Source of the DNA: Cyclobacteriaceae bacterium
GTDB lineage: Bacteria; Bacteroidota; Bacteroidia; Cytophagales; Cyclobacteriaceae
Assembly: GCA_049840975.1 (NCBI GenBank)
Contig: JASGIR010000069.1
Location: 4,837 to 68,836, forward strand
DNA length: 64,000 nucleotides
Direction of reading: 5' to 3'
Shown in pieces: positions 38,584 to 49,010 of the stretch (position 1 is the stretch's first letter; each line of letters begins with the position of its first letter). The notes under the pieces were generated by a model, which had not been told where the DNA came from, did not search any database, and was given only the letters and a program-made list of their open reading frames with translations. The position numbers and the translations under genes were made by a program.

Positions 38584-39795
38584 TTAATAGATAAATCTTC
38601 TTCTCTCGATAACACCATTCGATTCGGTTTTTGTTGATTCTGAAAGTTGTCCCAAAGCAGTGTAAACATTTTTGTAAGTTGCCTTGTAACCAAGGCCTTG
38701 ATCAGGTCGCGTTGTGCTAACTAGGCTACGTTTAAATTCTGAATCAGGAAAGAAAGGATTAAATTCTGCTAACGGGTTTGGCTTTTCATCGTAGCTATAA
38801 AAAAACTGACTAACCAGGCTTCCATTAATGTCATATCTAGTTTCCTTAAGAATATTTCCAGCTAGGTCAGTTAAATAGTCTCTTTTTACTGATTCATTAA
38901 GGCTATCACTGTGGTAGCGTGTTTCAGTAACTATATAACCATCGGTTTTATAGGAATAGAGAGCTTCAGATAATAGAAATACCTTGTTAAGGTTATAAAC
39001 CTTAATTGAGGATACTCTATCTACAAAATCATAGTGAACTTCGCGAATTCCAAGAATCGAGTTGTCAATTAGCGACCGACTTGTTTCTACTGTTAAGGCT
39101 TGTTCTGGAAAATATTCTATTCTCTCAAGGGCTTTGAGCTGCCAATCAATTGTCTCCCCAAAGCTTTTGTATATAAATAATTCGGCTAGCCTTTCCTCAT
39201 TATTATATTTAAAGACATACATAACCCTAGGAAGAAAGCAATTACAATCAGCACTGAACTTATCAAAATACATAGTGTCAAGTTTATACTCATTGTTGAC
39301 CTGAACTATTTCAAACCCAAAATTTACATAACCAAAACTTTCAGGTTTATCAGTGCTCTCAACAGCAAGTACCTGGGGAGTAACGGTTGCTGTACCACCT
39401 ACAACCGTAAAATTTATAGGAAGTGGGTCGTCAACATATTTTGCCAACTCCGAACCTTCCAACGGAGTTGCATAAATAATTTTGTCGTTTACATCCAGGA
39501 CCAAAAATTTTGTGAGTTTATAATTGCCGACATTCAGTTGTAGGGTTTCGCTCAAATAGCCTTGCCCAAAACTGAAAAGTGTGAGTTTTTTGTTCTCGTA
39601 AACAACTTTGCCCTGACTATCATTAATCGATATTAAAACTGCTGCTGGAACGACCCCGACAGTTTCTCTTCCACCCTGCCTTGGCTTACTTGAAAGTGAA
39701 AAGGAAATAGAGCCATCTTTGGTTATCTTAACATCATCATGTGAACAGCCTATGACCATGATGATCACTATGAGAAATAACAGTAATTGTTTCAT
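38584..39795 (-). CDS. Lipoprotein L3: more diverged constant module plus variable C-domain
   Basis: Lipobox VIG-C then SHDD; shares VLISINDSQ...GNYKLTKFLVLD...YATPLEGSEL...PESFGYVNFGFE. Confidence 0.85.
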   Translation of the reverse strand: MKQLLLFLIVIIMVIGCSHDDVKITKDGSISFSLSSKPRQGGRETVGVVPAAVLISINDSQGKVVYENKKLTLFSFGQGYLSETLQLNVGNYKLTKFLVLDVNDKIIYATPLEGSELAKYVDDPLPINFTVVGGTATVTPQVLAVESTDKPESFGYVNFGFEIVQVNNEYKLDTMYFDKFSADCNCFLPRVMYVFKYNNEERLAELFIYKSFGETIDWQLKALERIEYFPEQALTVETSRSLIDNSILGIREVHYDFVDRVSSIKVYNLNKVFLLSEALYSYKTDGYIVTETRYHSDSLNESVKRDYLTDLAGNILKETRYDINGSLVSQFFYSYDEKPNPLAEFNPFFPDSEFKRSLVSTTRPDQGLGYKATYKNVYTALGQLSESTKTESNGVIERRRFIY

Positions 39796-39969
39796 ATAGA
39801 AATCTTTTAGTGAAAAGCGAATCTAGAAAGATCACAAGCTTGAATTAAGGTTTAGTTAGAAATCGGAAAATCTACTTATTAAGCTGTGCTTCACAGGAAG
39901 TATTCGGTTAGGATTAAGTACCCTACTTTTTTTGCTTTTATGTAACTTTATCAATCACGACCTTTGCAT

Positions 39970-42501
39970 ATGAAAATAATTTTGACTTGGTGCTTTACTT
40001 TCATTTCCCTACTCAATTTTGCTCAAAGCAAACTTCAATCACCATCTGAGTTTCTTGGTTATGAGTTGGGAGATCGGTTCACTTTTCATTATCGGATGGT
40101 TGAATACTTCAAACACATCGCTGAAGTTGCACCTACACAAGTTCGCCTTCAGCAATATGGAGAAACGTATGAACACCGGCCATTGATTTATGCCATCATT
40201 TCTTCGTCTGACAATCTCAAAAACATTGAAGCCATCCGCTTAGACAATTTGAAAAGAACAGGAATGTTGGATGGAACTCCTACCACAAAAAATGCAATAG
40301 TCTGGCTGAGCTACAATGTTCATGGCAATGAAGCCAACTCCATGGAAGCATCCATGAAGACCATTTATGAATTGGTTAATCCCCAAAACGCTAAGACCAA
40401 AGAGTGGCTGAAAAATACTGTTGTAATCATTGATCCGTGTATCAATCCGGATGGTCGCGATCGTTACGCCAATTTTTATAATCAGGTTGGTGGCAATCCT
40501 CCAAATGGAGATCCACAAGCTCGCGAGCATCGAGAAGGGTGGCCAAGCGGCAGAGCTAATCACTACTTATTTGATTTGAATCGTGATTGGGCTTGGATCA
40601 CTCAAACTGAATCTCAAGCCAGAATTAAAGTTTATAATCAATGGATGCCTCATGTCCATGTTGATTTTCATGAACAAGGATACAACTCACCTTATTATTT
40701 CGCCCCTGCTGCGGAGCCTTTTCATGAAGTAATAAGCAGCTGGCAACGTGAGTTTCAAACGACCATCGGAAAGAACAACGCAAAATATTTTGACGAACAA
40801 GGCTGGCTTTATTTTACGAAAGAACGATTTGACTTATTCTACCCTAGTTATGGAGACACATATCCTGTTTATAACGGTGCAATCGGAATGACTTATGAAC
40901 AAGGCGGTGGCGGTGCTGGCGTGACTATCATCACTGCGGAAGGAGATCCACTTACATTAAAAGATCGCCTAACTCATCATTTTACAACTGGGATGAGTAC
41001 GATTGAAATCTCTTCGATGAATGCATCAAAGCTGAATGATGAATTTGAAAAATTCTTCAAGGAGAATTCTACGAATCCATCTTCACTATATAAAAGTTAT
41101 GTTATCAAGTCTGAAAACAATCCAGATAAAATCAAAAAAATTACAGACTGGATGACCGCTCAAAACATTCAATTTGGCCACGCGTCTGTTGGCAAGGCTA
41201 CCCGAGGTTTCGATTTCTCAACGCAAACAACCAATAATTTTAATTTAACAACGGAAGACATTGTATTTAATGTCTATCAACCGAAAGGCAGGTTTATAAC
41301 TACAATCTTTGAACCTCAAAGCAAACTTTCAGATTCGCTCACTTACGACATCACTGCTTGGAATCTATTTTATAGTTATGGACTTAAAGGATTTGCTCTC
41401 ACGGAAAAAATCTTTGTTACAAAAAGCTATCAAGCTAAACCTGTTACTACCGATAACCTCCCATCAAAGCCTTACGCCTATATTTTTAAATATCAAAGTC
41501 TGAATGATGTAGAGCTTTTGGCGGCCTTGTTGAAGAAGGGAATGAAAGTTCGCTCATCTAAAAAACATTTTACACTGGGCAACCAAGAGTTTGAACCAGG
41601 CACGCTAATCATTACCCGAAGAAACAATGAGTCAATACTGGATTTCGATAATTCAATTCAAACTATCGCTAAAAATTTAAATCGAAAAATATTTGCTGCC
41701 GCTACGGGTTTTGTCGACAAAGGTTTTGACTTCGGATCAGGTGATGTGAATTATTTGAAAATGCCCAAAGTTGCTCTGCTCGCTGGCGATCAAACTTCTT
41801 CACTGGGTTATGGCGAAGTCTGGCACTTTTTTGAACAGCAAATTCATTTCCAAGTCACCTCGATACATACTAATTATTTTAAAAACATAGATCTCTGGAA
41901 ATACAACGTGCTTATTGTGCCCGATGGTAATTACAGATTATTTGATGAAGCGCTACTTTCATCGATTGATCGTTGGGTTAGTGATGGAGGTCGTCTTGTT
42001 TTGATTGGAAATGCTACATCATCCTTTGCCGACAAAAAAGGGTTTTCTTTAAAAGAATTCGTTGACGATGACGCCAAGAAAAAATCGGAAAAAGAAGACA
42101 AGGAATTGAAAGACAAAGAAGGTCCAATAAAATATGCCGATGCTGAAAGGAAAGAATTAAGCAACACGATTTCAGGTGCGATATATAAGGTAACATTAGA
42201 CAAAAGCCATCCACTCGCTTTTGGCTTGGATGATTTTTATTATTCTCTACGCACAGGAGAACTTCACTATTCCTATCTGGAACATGGATGGAATGTTGGA
42301 ACACTTAAGGGCAAACAGAAGCCTTTAATTGGTTTTGCTGGAAATAAGATTAACAAAAAACTAGAAAATACCTTGGTTTTTGGAGTTGAAGATAAAGGCA
42401 AAGGTCAGGTCGTTTATTTTATTGACAATCCAATGTTCCGTTGCTTTTGGGAAAACGGAAAATTGCTTTTTGCAAATTCCGTCTTTATGGTAGGTCAATA
42501 A
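39970..42501 (+). CDS. Exported M14 zinc carboxypeptidase family protein
   Basis: HGNE zinc motif, NPDGRDR, FDLNRDW, DFHEQG. Confidence 0.9.
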   Translation: MKIILTWCFTFISLLNFAQSKLQSPSEFLGYELGDRFTFHYRMVEYFKHIAEVAPTQVRLQQYGETYEHRPLIYAIISSSDNLKNIEAIRLDNLKRTGMLDGTPTTKNAIVWLSYNVHGNEANSMEASMKTIYELVNPQNAKTKEWLKNTVVIIDPCINPDGRDRYANFYNQVGGNPPNGDPQAREHREGWPSGRANHYLFDLNRDWAWITQTESQARIKVYNQWMPHVHVDFHEQGYNSPYYFAPAAEPFHEVISSWQREFQTTIGKNNAKYFDEQGWLYFTKERFDLFYPSYGDTYPVYNGAIGMTYEQGGGGAGVTIITAEGDPLTLKDRLTHHFTTGMSTIEISSMNASKLNDEFEKFFKENSTNPSSLYKSYVIKSENNPDKIKKITDWMTAQNIQFGHASVGKATRGFDFSTQTTNNFNLTTEDIVFNVYQPKGRFITTIFEPQSKLSDSLTYDITAWNLFYSYGLKGFALTEKIFVTKSYQAKPVTTDNLPSKPYAYIFKYQSLNDVELLAALLKKGMKVRSSKKHFTLGNQEFEPGTLIITRRNNESILDFDNSIQTIAKNLNRKIFAAATGFVDKGFDFGSGDVNYLKMPKVALLAGDQTSSLGYGEVWHFFEQQIHFQVTSIHTNYFKNIDLWKYNVLIVPDGNYRLFDEALLSSIDRWVSDGGRLVLIGNATSSFADKKGFSLKEFVDDDAKKKSEKEDKELKDKEGPIKYADAERKELSNTISGAIYKVTLDKSHPLAFGLDDFYYSLRTGELHYSYLEHGWNVGTLKGKQKPLIGFAGNKINKKLENTLVFGVEDKGKGQVVYFIDNPMFRCFWENGKLLFANSVFMVGQ

Positions 42502-43131
42502 TTAGCTGAACAGACTGTTCAATTCTAAATCTATTTTACTAACGATAGAAGAAAAGTCTTCAATGTTTTTTACGAAGTCAATCTCATTCATTTCAATGAC
42601 AAGCAACTTGCCATGCTCATATTCGCCAATCCATTTTTCGTAGTGCTCATTTAAATTCTTCAAGTATTCCAACTTGATGTTGTATTCAAAATCGCGGTTA
42701 CGAACCTGAATCTGCTGAACAAGTTTGGGAATATCAGCTTTCAAATAAATCAATAAATCAGGAGGCTGAACAAAATTGATCATCGAATGAAAAAGATCAA
42801 GGTAGCTTTGGTAATCTCGATCATTGATAAAACCGCTGCGATGTAAATTAGCTGCAAAGATGTACGCGTCTTCGTAAATCGTTCTGTCTTGAATGATTGT
42901 CTTTTCGCTTTCGCGAATATTACGCACTTGGTTAAACCGGCTATTCAAAAAATAAATCTGAAGGTGAAATGCCCAGCGCGTCATGTCTTCATAAAAATCA
43001 CGCAGATAAGGATTGTGGTCAACAGACTCATACAATGGAATCCATCCATAATGCTTGGAAAGGCGTTCAGCCAAGGTCGTTTTACCCGAGCCAATATTTC
43101 CAGAAACCGCTATGTGCTTGAGCTTTTTCAC
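42502..43131 (-). CDS. Deoxynucleoside kinase
   Basis: IAVSGNIGSGKTT, QIYFL..RF, DRTIYED, PPDLLIYL; GTG start at 43131 is likely. Confidence 0.92.
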   Translation of the reverse strand: MKKLKHIAVSGNIGSGKTTLAERLSKHYGWIPLYESVDHNPYLRDFYEDMTRWAFHLQIYFLNSRFNQVRNIRESEKTIIQDRTIYEDAYIFAANLHRSGFINDRDYQSYLDLFHSMINFVQPPDLLIYLKADIPKLVQQIQVRNRDFEYNIKLEYLKNLNEHYEKWIGEYEHGKLLVIEMNEIDFVKNIEDFSSIVSKIDLELNSLFS

Positions 43132-43315
43132 TAAAAAAATTCTCTGCCAAAGTTGAAACAATTCTTCGACTATCGATGTATTTATCTCAAAAACAATTCC
43201 ACAAACAGTTAATAATTTTGTTGAAGTTTTAAAGTCTGATCTTCCTAAAAATTTCCCGATTATGCGTGTTGACAATCGTTTTTTTGCATGCAGACTCTAG
43301 AGCGAAAGAAAATAA

Positions 43316-45382
43316 TTAATAGCTACCCAAATATTTTCGTAAAAACCACTCAGCACTAATCAGTAATAACAAAATTAAAAAGAGCCATTTCAGATGAATC
43401 AATGGATTCATTGAGTCTTCAGAGTGAATAAGAGCTTTGGCTTCGGTCTTCTTAAAATCAGAAATGAGTTTACTCGCTTCGTCCGCTCGGTAAAAACTTC
43501 CACCAGAGTTTTGAGAAAGTTTTCGAAGAAGACCAAAATCAGCTACTAAATTCTGAGGTTCGATGTTTTGCTGTATCACCAGAAATTGCCCAGATACAGT
43601 TTCGCTTTTTCCTCCAATTTCGGTTGAAGCTGAATATACATAGTTACCCGCTTTTAATCCACCAATCTGGTAACGCTCGCCTCCTGGACTTAAAATGTAA
43701 TTGTACTTAGAAACTTTCCTTTGATCGTCTCTCAATTCAATCTCAATTTTATTTCCGTAAATTTTTTCAAACAAATCATTGTAGACCTGTCCTTCGAAAA
43801 TGGCTGGAGCTGCATCTGTGAACTCACTTGTAAGCGGGGAAAATCTAAACTTTCGTTTGTCTTCAAGTGTGCTCAAATACTGAATCAGTTTGGAGAATGT
43901 ACCATCAAAAAATTCCGATTTCTCTGTCAAAGCAAATTCTTCCAAACGCCATTGCCACAATCCTTCGCCAATAAAAGCTGCGGTTTTGTGATTGTTGTCT
44001 TCCCACGTAAGTAGCATCGGCCGATCTGTTGATACGCTTCCAATTCTTTGGTTCAACAAAATCTTGGCTTGAGGCGGATAGGTAAATTTTCCAAAAGGAA
44101 CTTGTACCGGTGGAAATTTTGAAAAAGCTGAATTGCTATTATCCAAGAAATCAAAATCGTGAAACGATGTATTTACTATTGGTGTAACTTCATCTTTCTG
44201 AAGATTGTTTTCAAAATTCAGAGGAACACCATTGGTTGTCATCAATCGCAAATTTGTCCGGCCTCCAACAATTAATAAAACGGATGACTTGCCTTTGCTT
44301 AATGAAGAATATAGAGATGCTGTCTTCATCTCTGAATCAAATGGCTGATGAAAAATAACAAGCTCAGTTTGATTCGGTTGTAAAAGCTTAGGATCTGTTT
44401 TTGTTACACCTGGAATATGAACTATCAATTCATAATTTGGATTTTTCTCCACAACGGCTTTCAACGCTTTGATGTCAGGATGAGGTGCTGGGGCTATCAA
44501 CAGAATTTTTTTCTTCCCCTCAACAACATCTACGAAAACTCGCGAGAAATTATTGTTGATATTTCTTTCAACAGCTGAAGGTTCAATCCTTACTTCTAGA
44601 TTCTGAATTCCTTTTTCATTTGCTTCAAGGAAAAAATCAAATTCTAAAAAAGTCTTATTGCTTGTGTTCTTATTTTGAGCTCCTGCAATTTTCCCATTTT
44701 TATAAACCACCACTTTCACATCATGATTGGGGAGCCTTTGTATGGCCACTTCAGCTCTGACTGGGAAGCGATTACCTTGATAGGCAATTTTATTGAAGGC
44801 TACATTTTTTAAAATCAAATCAGGATGCTCAATTGAATCGCCAAGTCCAACAGTTTGGATGGGCAATCTCCAATTATTGTACAAAGGAGAAGCGCCTGAA
44901 TTATAAATTCCATCCGAAAATAAAATGATACTCGTCAGATTTTTTCCTTCGCTATTAGCAAGAACTGATTTTAGTGCTCCGCTCAAATCCGAAGATCGAC
45001 TTTCAAATTTTATTTCTTGAAAATCTTCAGCATTCAGGTTCTGCTTAGTTACAACATAACCCAATTGCTGAAGTTGCTCGGTTGTTTCAACTAATTGATT
45101 TTGCAGTTTTACTGAATCAACAACGCCTTTCAATGAAGTAGAATTATCTACCAGCAGAACTATTTGAGGTTTTTCAAAAATCTGATTTGTCAGTTTTATG
45201 ATTGGTCCCATTAACAAAAAGGCGAGAAATGAAACCACAATTGCGCGCAAAGCAAATAACCATCGGTTGAAGTTCCTGCTCCACGACTGATGCTTACTAT
45301 AAAGCAACCACGCATATCCTAACCCGAGTGCAATGCACAGTAAAATAAACGCGGGATGAGATTCAAAAATTAAACGCTGCAT
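43316..45382 (-). CDS. VWA-domain membrane protein (Bacteroidota conserved)
   Basis: N-terminal TMs, LVDNSTS MIDAS-like motif, LFSDGIYN, C-terminal TM with EWFLRK. Confidence 0.82.
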   Translation of the reverse strand: MQRLIFESHPAFILLCIALGLGYAWLLYSKHQSWSRNFNRWLFALRAIVVSFLAFLLMGPIIKLTNQIFEKPQIVLLVDNSTSLKGVVDSVKLQNQLVETTEQLQQLGYVVTKQNLNAEDFQEIKFESRSSDLSGALKSVLANSEGKNLTSIILFSDGIYNSGASPLYNNWRLPIQTVGLGDSIEHPDLILKNVAFNKIAYQGNRFPVRAEVAIQRLPNHDVKVVVYKNGKIAGAQNKNTSNKTFLEFDFFLEANEKGIQNLEVRIEPSAVERNINNNFSRVFVDVVEGKKKILLIAPAPHPDIKALKAVVEKNPNYELIVHIPGVTKTDPKLLQPNQTELVIFHQPFDSEMKTASLYSSLSKGKSSVLLIVGGRTNLRLMTTNGVPLNFENNLQKDEVTPIVNTSFHDFDFLDNSNSAFSKFPPVQVPFGKFTYPPQAKILLNQRIGSVSTDRPMLLTWEDNNHKTAAFIGEGLWQWRLEEFALTEKSEFFDGTFSKLIQYLSTLEDKRKFRFSPLTSEFTDAAPAIFEGQVYNDLFEKIYGNKIEIELRDDQRKVSKYNYILSPGGERYQIGGLKAGNYVYSASTEIGGKSETVSGQFLVIQQNIEPQNLVADFGLLRKLSQNSGGSFYRADEASKLISDFKKTEAKALIHSEDSMNPLIHLKWLFLILLLLISAEWFLRKYLGSY

Positions 45383-45523
45383 GATTAGCAAAAATAGCCT
45401 AAAAAATGAACGAACGATGGAAATGAATGATATGGATTCAATTTTTTATGAACGGAAAATTGAACTCAAAATTCTTTAAAAATTTCTGTCCTGTTGTTTA
45501 ACTTGTTCAAATAAACAGACCCT

Positions 45524-47311
45524 ATGAGTGATGACAAAAATGATGGGAAACAGATGCCCATCAAGTATAAATTTCGAGATATCAAAATACATTCGTCCGA
45601 TGAGTGGATGGCTGACGCCACTAAAAAATACCGTAAAGTGTATGACCGCTACGAGACTTCATTTATACGTGTAGAGTTTTCTTTTTTCAATAAACTCTTC
45701 GATGAAGAAGAGTGGGGCGTATCTGTCCGACTGAAATGCTTTCATCTTAATGGAAGTCAGAAAAATGAACTTTGTAGCCAAGAGCAAAAGCGAAGAATAT
45801 TAAAAGATGAAAACATCGTTTACTTCCGTGATTCCTGGGGCAACGCGACATTAGGTGCGTATTGGTTCAAGGGTGAATATTCATGGGAAGCTTACATTGA
45901 TGACGTTAAGGTTGGTGAATCAAAATTTTACATTGAAGATGTAGGCCAACCAAAACCTGGAGAAAATCTCTTCTTTGATATTTTGTCAATAAAGGTCTTT
46001 GAAGGCGATGGACAAGCACACTTACTCCCACAGAAAAAATATTTAAAACTGTTTAGTCAAAAAGACACACGCTACGTCTGGGCAGAATTTTCATTTAAAA
46101 ATAAATCGCCAAAAGACTATTACGCTGAGATTTTCTTCAACTTCTACGACAAGGCTGGTCAATTGAAAGGAAGTAATGCTTATCTAACACACATCGTATC
46201 TAATACCGCTGATCAAGTTTACACCATATTTCCCGGCTGGGGTGGAGATGCACCCGGCCGCTGGAAGAGCGATTCATACACTCTTGAAGTTGTTTTCCTT
46301 GATAACTTGATTGCCACAATTCCATTTCAAGTAGGCGATCATTTTGAGGAAGGAAATGTCGCTGTACTCATAGACACAAACTCAGCGTTGCCAGCTACAG
46401 GAACCACGGCAAGCCAAGCTCCTCAAACTAAAACTTCGGATGATCTTTTATTTGAAAGTATGGCTGAACTAAATTCTCTTACCGGTTTAGATAACATCAA
46501 AACTGAAGTAAGCGAAATGGTGAAGCTGGTACGTTTCTATCAGGAAACAGGAAAAGACGTTCTCAATAAATTTTCTTTACACACGGTGTTTACTGGAAAT
46601 CCAGGCACTGGAAAAACAACTGTTGCCCGCATCCTTTCAAAAATTTACAAAGGCCTTGGCATTTTGGAACGAGGTCATCTGATTGAAGTTGATCGTGAAG
46701 GTTTAGTAGCGGGTTATGTTGGCCAGACAGCTATTAAGACGGGAGACAAAATCAACGAAGCGATGGGCGGAATTCTTTTTATAGATGAAGCATACTCACT
46801 TGCGACAGGTAAGGGATCTCAGTACGATTTTGGTGGAGAAGCCATTCAAATCATTTTGAAAAGAATGGAAGACTTGCGTGGAAAATTTGGTGTGATTGTG
46901 GCTGGTTATACTGAAAACATGAGCGAGTTCATCGACTCAAACCCAGGGTTAAAATCTCGATTTGATAAATACTTTCAATTTGAAGATTACTCTGCCGATG
47001 AAATGTTCGTCATTGCAATGTCTCTCTTTCAGAAAGAAGGTGTAAAACCAGATGAAGCATCGACAGCTCATTTGAAAAACTATTTCAAATTTCTTTTTGA
47101 TCAACGCGACCAGCATTTCGGAAATGCACGCTCCGTTCGCCAAGTTGTTGGAGAAGCAGTAAAAAATCAAAACCTTCGATTGGCCTCGATGAAAAAGGAA
47201 GAACGAACGAAAGAATTAATGGAAACAGTTTTTCTTGACGATGTGAAAGAATTTGAGATCAAAGAAATTTCTCGGAAGTCAAAATTGGGATTTCAACAAG
47301 GAGAGAAATAA
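45524..47311 (+). CDS. SpoVK/CbbX-family AAA+ ATPase with duplicated N-terminal beta-rich domain
   Basis: LTGLDNIK, FTGNPGTGKTTVAR, LVAGYVGQTA, LFIDEAY, NPGLKSRF, FGNAR. Confidence 0.88.
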   Translation: MSDDKNDGKQMPIKYKFRDIKIHSSDEWMADATKKYRKVYDRYETSFIRVEFSFFNKLFDEEEWGVSVRLKCFHLNGSQKNELCSQEQKRRILKDENIVYFRDSWGNATLGAYWFKGEYSWEAYIDDVKVGESKFYIEDVGQPKPGENLFFDILSIKVFEGDGQAHLLPQKKYLKLFSQKDTRYVWAEFSFKNKSPKDYYAEIFFNFYDKAGQLKGSNAYLTHIVSNTADQVYTIFPGWGGDAPGRWKSDSYTLEVVFLDNLIATIPFQVGDHFEEGNVAVLIDTNSALPATGTTASQAPQTKTSDDLLFESMAELNSLTGLDNIKTEVSEMVKLVRFYQETGKDVLNKFSLHTVFTGNPGTGKTTVARILSKIYKGLGILERGHLIEVDREGLVAGYVGQTAIKTGDKINEAMGGILFIDEAYSLATGKGSQYDFGGEAIQIILKRMEDLRGKFGVIVAGYTENMSEFIDSNPGLKSRFDKYFQFEDYSADEMFVIAMSLFQKEGVKPDEASTAHLKNYFKFLFDQRDQHFGNARSVRQVVGEAVKNQNLRLASMKKEERTKELMETVFLDDVKEFEIKEISRKSKLGFQQGEK

Positions 47312-49006
47312 TTAATAGCTAAATCTCCATTTGGTTTTAAAATCTTTCTGTAGTTCTTGATTAGTGAGCAGTGCTCGGAGAATTTCTATTGGCATTGGTC
47401 CACTTTGCAAAATAATGTCATGAAAGTCTTTTTCTTTCATTTTTCCCGAACCAACTAATTCCGTGCGCATAGCATAGAATTCTTTTGCCCCAATCATATA
47501 AGCTAATTGGTAAAGTGGGCCGTAACCGCCAGTGAAAGATCTGCGAACTTCTGCAGCCGCATTGGCTCGCTCATGCCCGACTTTGTCAACTAAAAAATCT
47601 ATGCATTGTTGTGGCGTCCATTTTCCCATGTGGTAACTCAACGAAAAAATTATTCGTGCGCAGCGATGCATTCTCCAAAACAACATTCCTACCCTATTCT
47701 CTGACGACTTCTGAAAATTCTTTTCCCACAAAATCATTTCCCAATAAAGTGCCCAGCCTTCTGTCCAAAAAGGTGAGTAGAAAAGCTGGCGATGTGCGTT
47801 ATAACGATCCGTCATGAATCCTTGCAAATGATGACCCGGAATCAATTCATGAAAAACTGTTGCTCTTGCAAAATGTTTGTTGTTGCCGCGAAGGCTCATC
47901 ATCTTATCTTCATTTGACATGGAGTTTGTTGGGAAAGCTATTTGAATCTCTTCACCTCCTAAAAAAAATGGGCTGTAACGTTGGCGTTCCGCACTGAGCA
48001 TGGTCATTCTCCAAGTTTCTTTAGCTAGTGATGGAACCGTAACCAAATCATTTTTTTCAACGTAATCGATCGCTTCGTTCGCCAAAAAATTGATCAATTC
48101 AGGCTGCTTACCTGGCTCCACATAATCGTTCTTTACTTTCTCGAGTGCACCCTTCCAATTATTTCCAAAGCCCATTTCTTGTGAGGCTTTAAGCATTTCT
48201 TTTTCACACCAAGTGAATTCTTTGTTAGCAACGTCAATCAATTCCTCCGGTGAATAAGAAATAAACTCGTACTCTAAATTTTTGATGATTTCATCACGAC
48301 CAATTGGGTTCCCAAAAATTCCGCTGCCGTCATCTTTGGATACATCCACGCTTTTCCAGCTTTTTAGAAATTTAACATATCGACTTAAAGCAGAATCTAA
48401 GTCGGCATATGGTGCTTTCGTCCACCAACTGAATTGGGAATCATAGTCGTTATAGAATGAAAACAATTCATCTACAGCGCTTTTCAAACCTTGCGCTGCG
48501 TTAACAGCTTTTTTAGAAAGGCGTTCTGAAAATTTTGGTTGTTTTTCTAAATCTTTTTGTGCGGACTCTACTTCCTTTTTCAAATCAGAAAATAATTTAG
48601 CTGTTTGTTGTCCATCAAATTGAGTTCCCTTTCTTCTTTGCTGAACAATCGAAACTATCTTTCCAGAAAAAGGAACAGCTTGCTTGATTTGATTAAACTC
48701 ATTTTGATGAAGCTGAAGTGCGTGTTGATCTTTTTCGATCTCGGTTCTCAATAAAATAAAATCAATCTTTCCAGCCTGACTAAATTTCTCAAAAGAAAAG
48801 CCATTTAGTTTTGACAACCAATCGGCATAAAATTGGTTGAAGCGATTATAGTATTCATCAGATTCACGAATAGAATATTTTCTTGACAAACTTCCTGCAT
48901 CAGATTGGTACTGATCAATGGCATCACGCATTTCGCTCATTCCCGTTTGCGCAAAGCCAAACGAAACGTTTGCGCAAAGCAGCGCTATCAAGAAAATTTT
49001 TCCCAT
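47312..49006 (-). CDS. DUF885 family exported protein (putative metallopeptidase-like)
   Basis: HELIPGHHLQ, EGWALYWE, WRMHRCARI; signal peptide from ATG 49006. Confidence 0.85.
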   Translation of the reverse strand: MGKIFLIALLCANVSFGFAQTGMSEMRDAIDQYQSDAGSLSRKYSIRESDEYYNRFNQFYADWLSKLNGFSFEKFSQAGKIDFILLRTEIEKDQHALQLHQNEFNQIKQAVPFSGKIVSIVQQRRKGTQFDGQQTAKLFSDLKKEVESAQKDLEKQPKFSERLSKKAVNAAQGLKSAVDELFSFYNDYDSQFSWWTKAPYADLDSALSRYVKFLKSWKSVDVSKDDGSGIFGNPIGRDEIIKNLEYEFISYSPEELIDVANKEFTWCEKEMLKASQEMGFGNNWKGALEKVKNDYVEPGKQPELINFLANEAIDYVEKNDLVTVPSLAKETWRMTMLSAERQRYSPFFLGGEEIQIAFPTNSMSNEDKMMSLRGNNKHFARATVFHELIPGHHLQGFMTDRYNAHRQLFYSPFWTEGWALYWEMILWEKNFQKSSENRVGMLFWRMHRCARIIFSLSYHMGKWTPQQCIDFLVDKVGHERANAAAEVRRSFTGGYGPLYQLAYMIGAKEFYAMRTELVGSGKMKEKDFHDIILQSGPMPIEILRALLTNQELQKDFKTKWRFSY

Positions 49007-49010
49007 CACT

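Noticed and set aside
35825-39795. Diversity-generating retroelement or invertible shufflon as the explanation for the variable lipoproteins
   Set aside because: There is no reverse transcriptase or invertase in the window and no TR/VR pair with adenine-specific differences. The repeats are direct and whole domains differ.
39810-39860. Possible fourth R copy upstream of L3 (atcacaagcttgaattaagg)
   Set aside because: Only short AT-rich matches; neither the core nor the reading frame is recognisable.
43132-43275. N-terminal extension of the deoxynucleoside kinase in the ORF track
   Set aside because: Family similarity begins at KHIAVSGNIG, so the GTG at 43131 is the better start.
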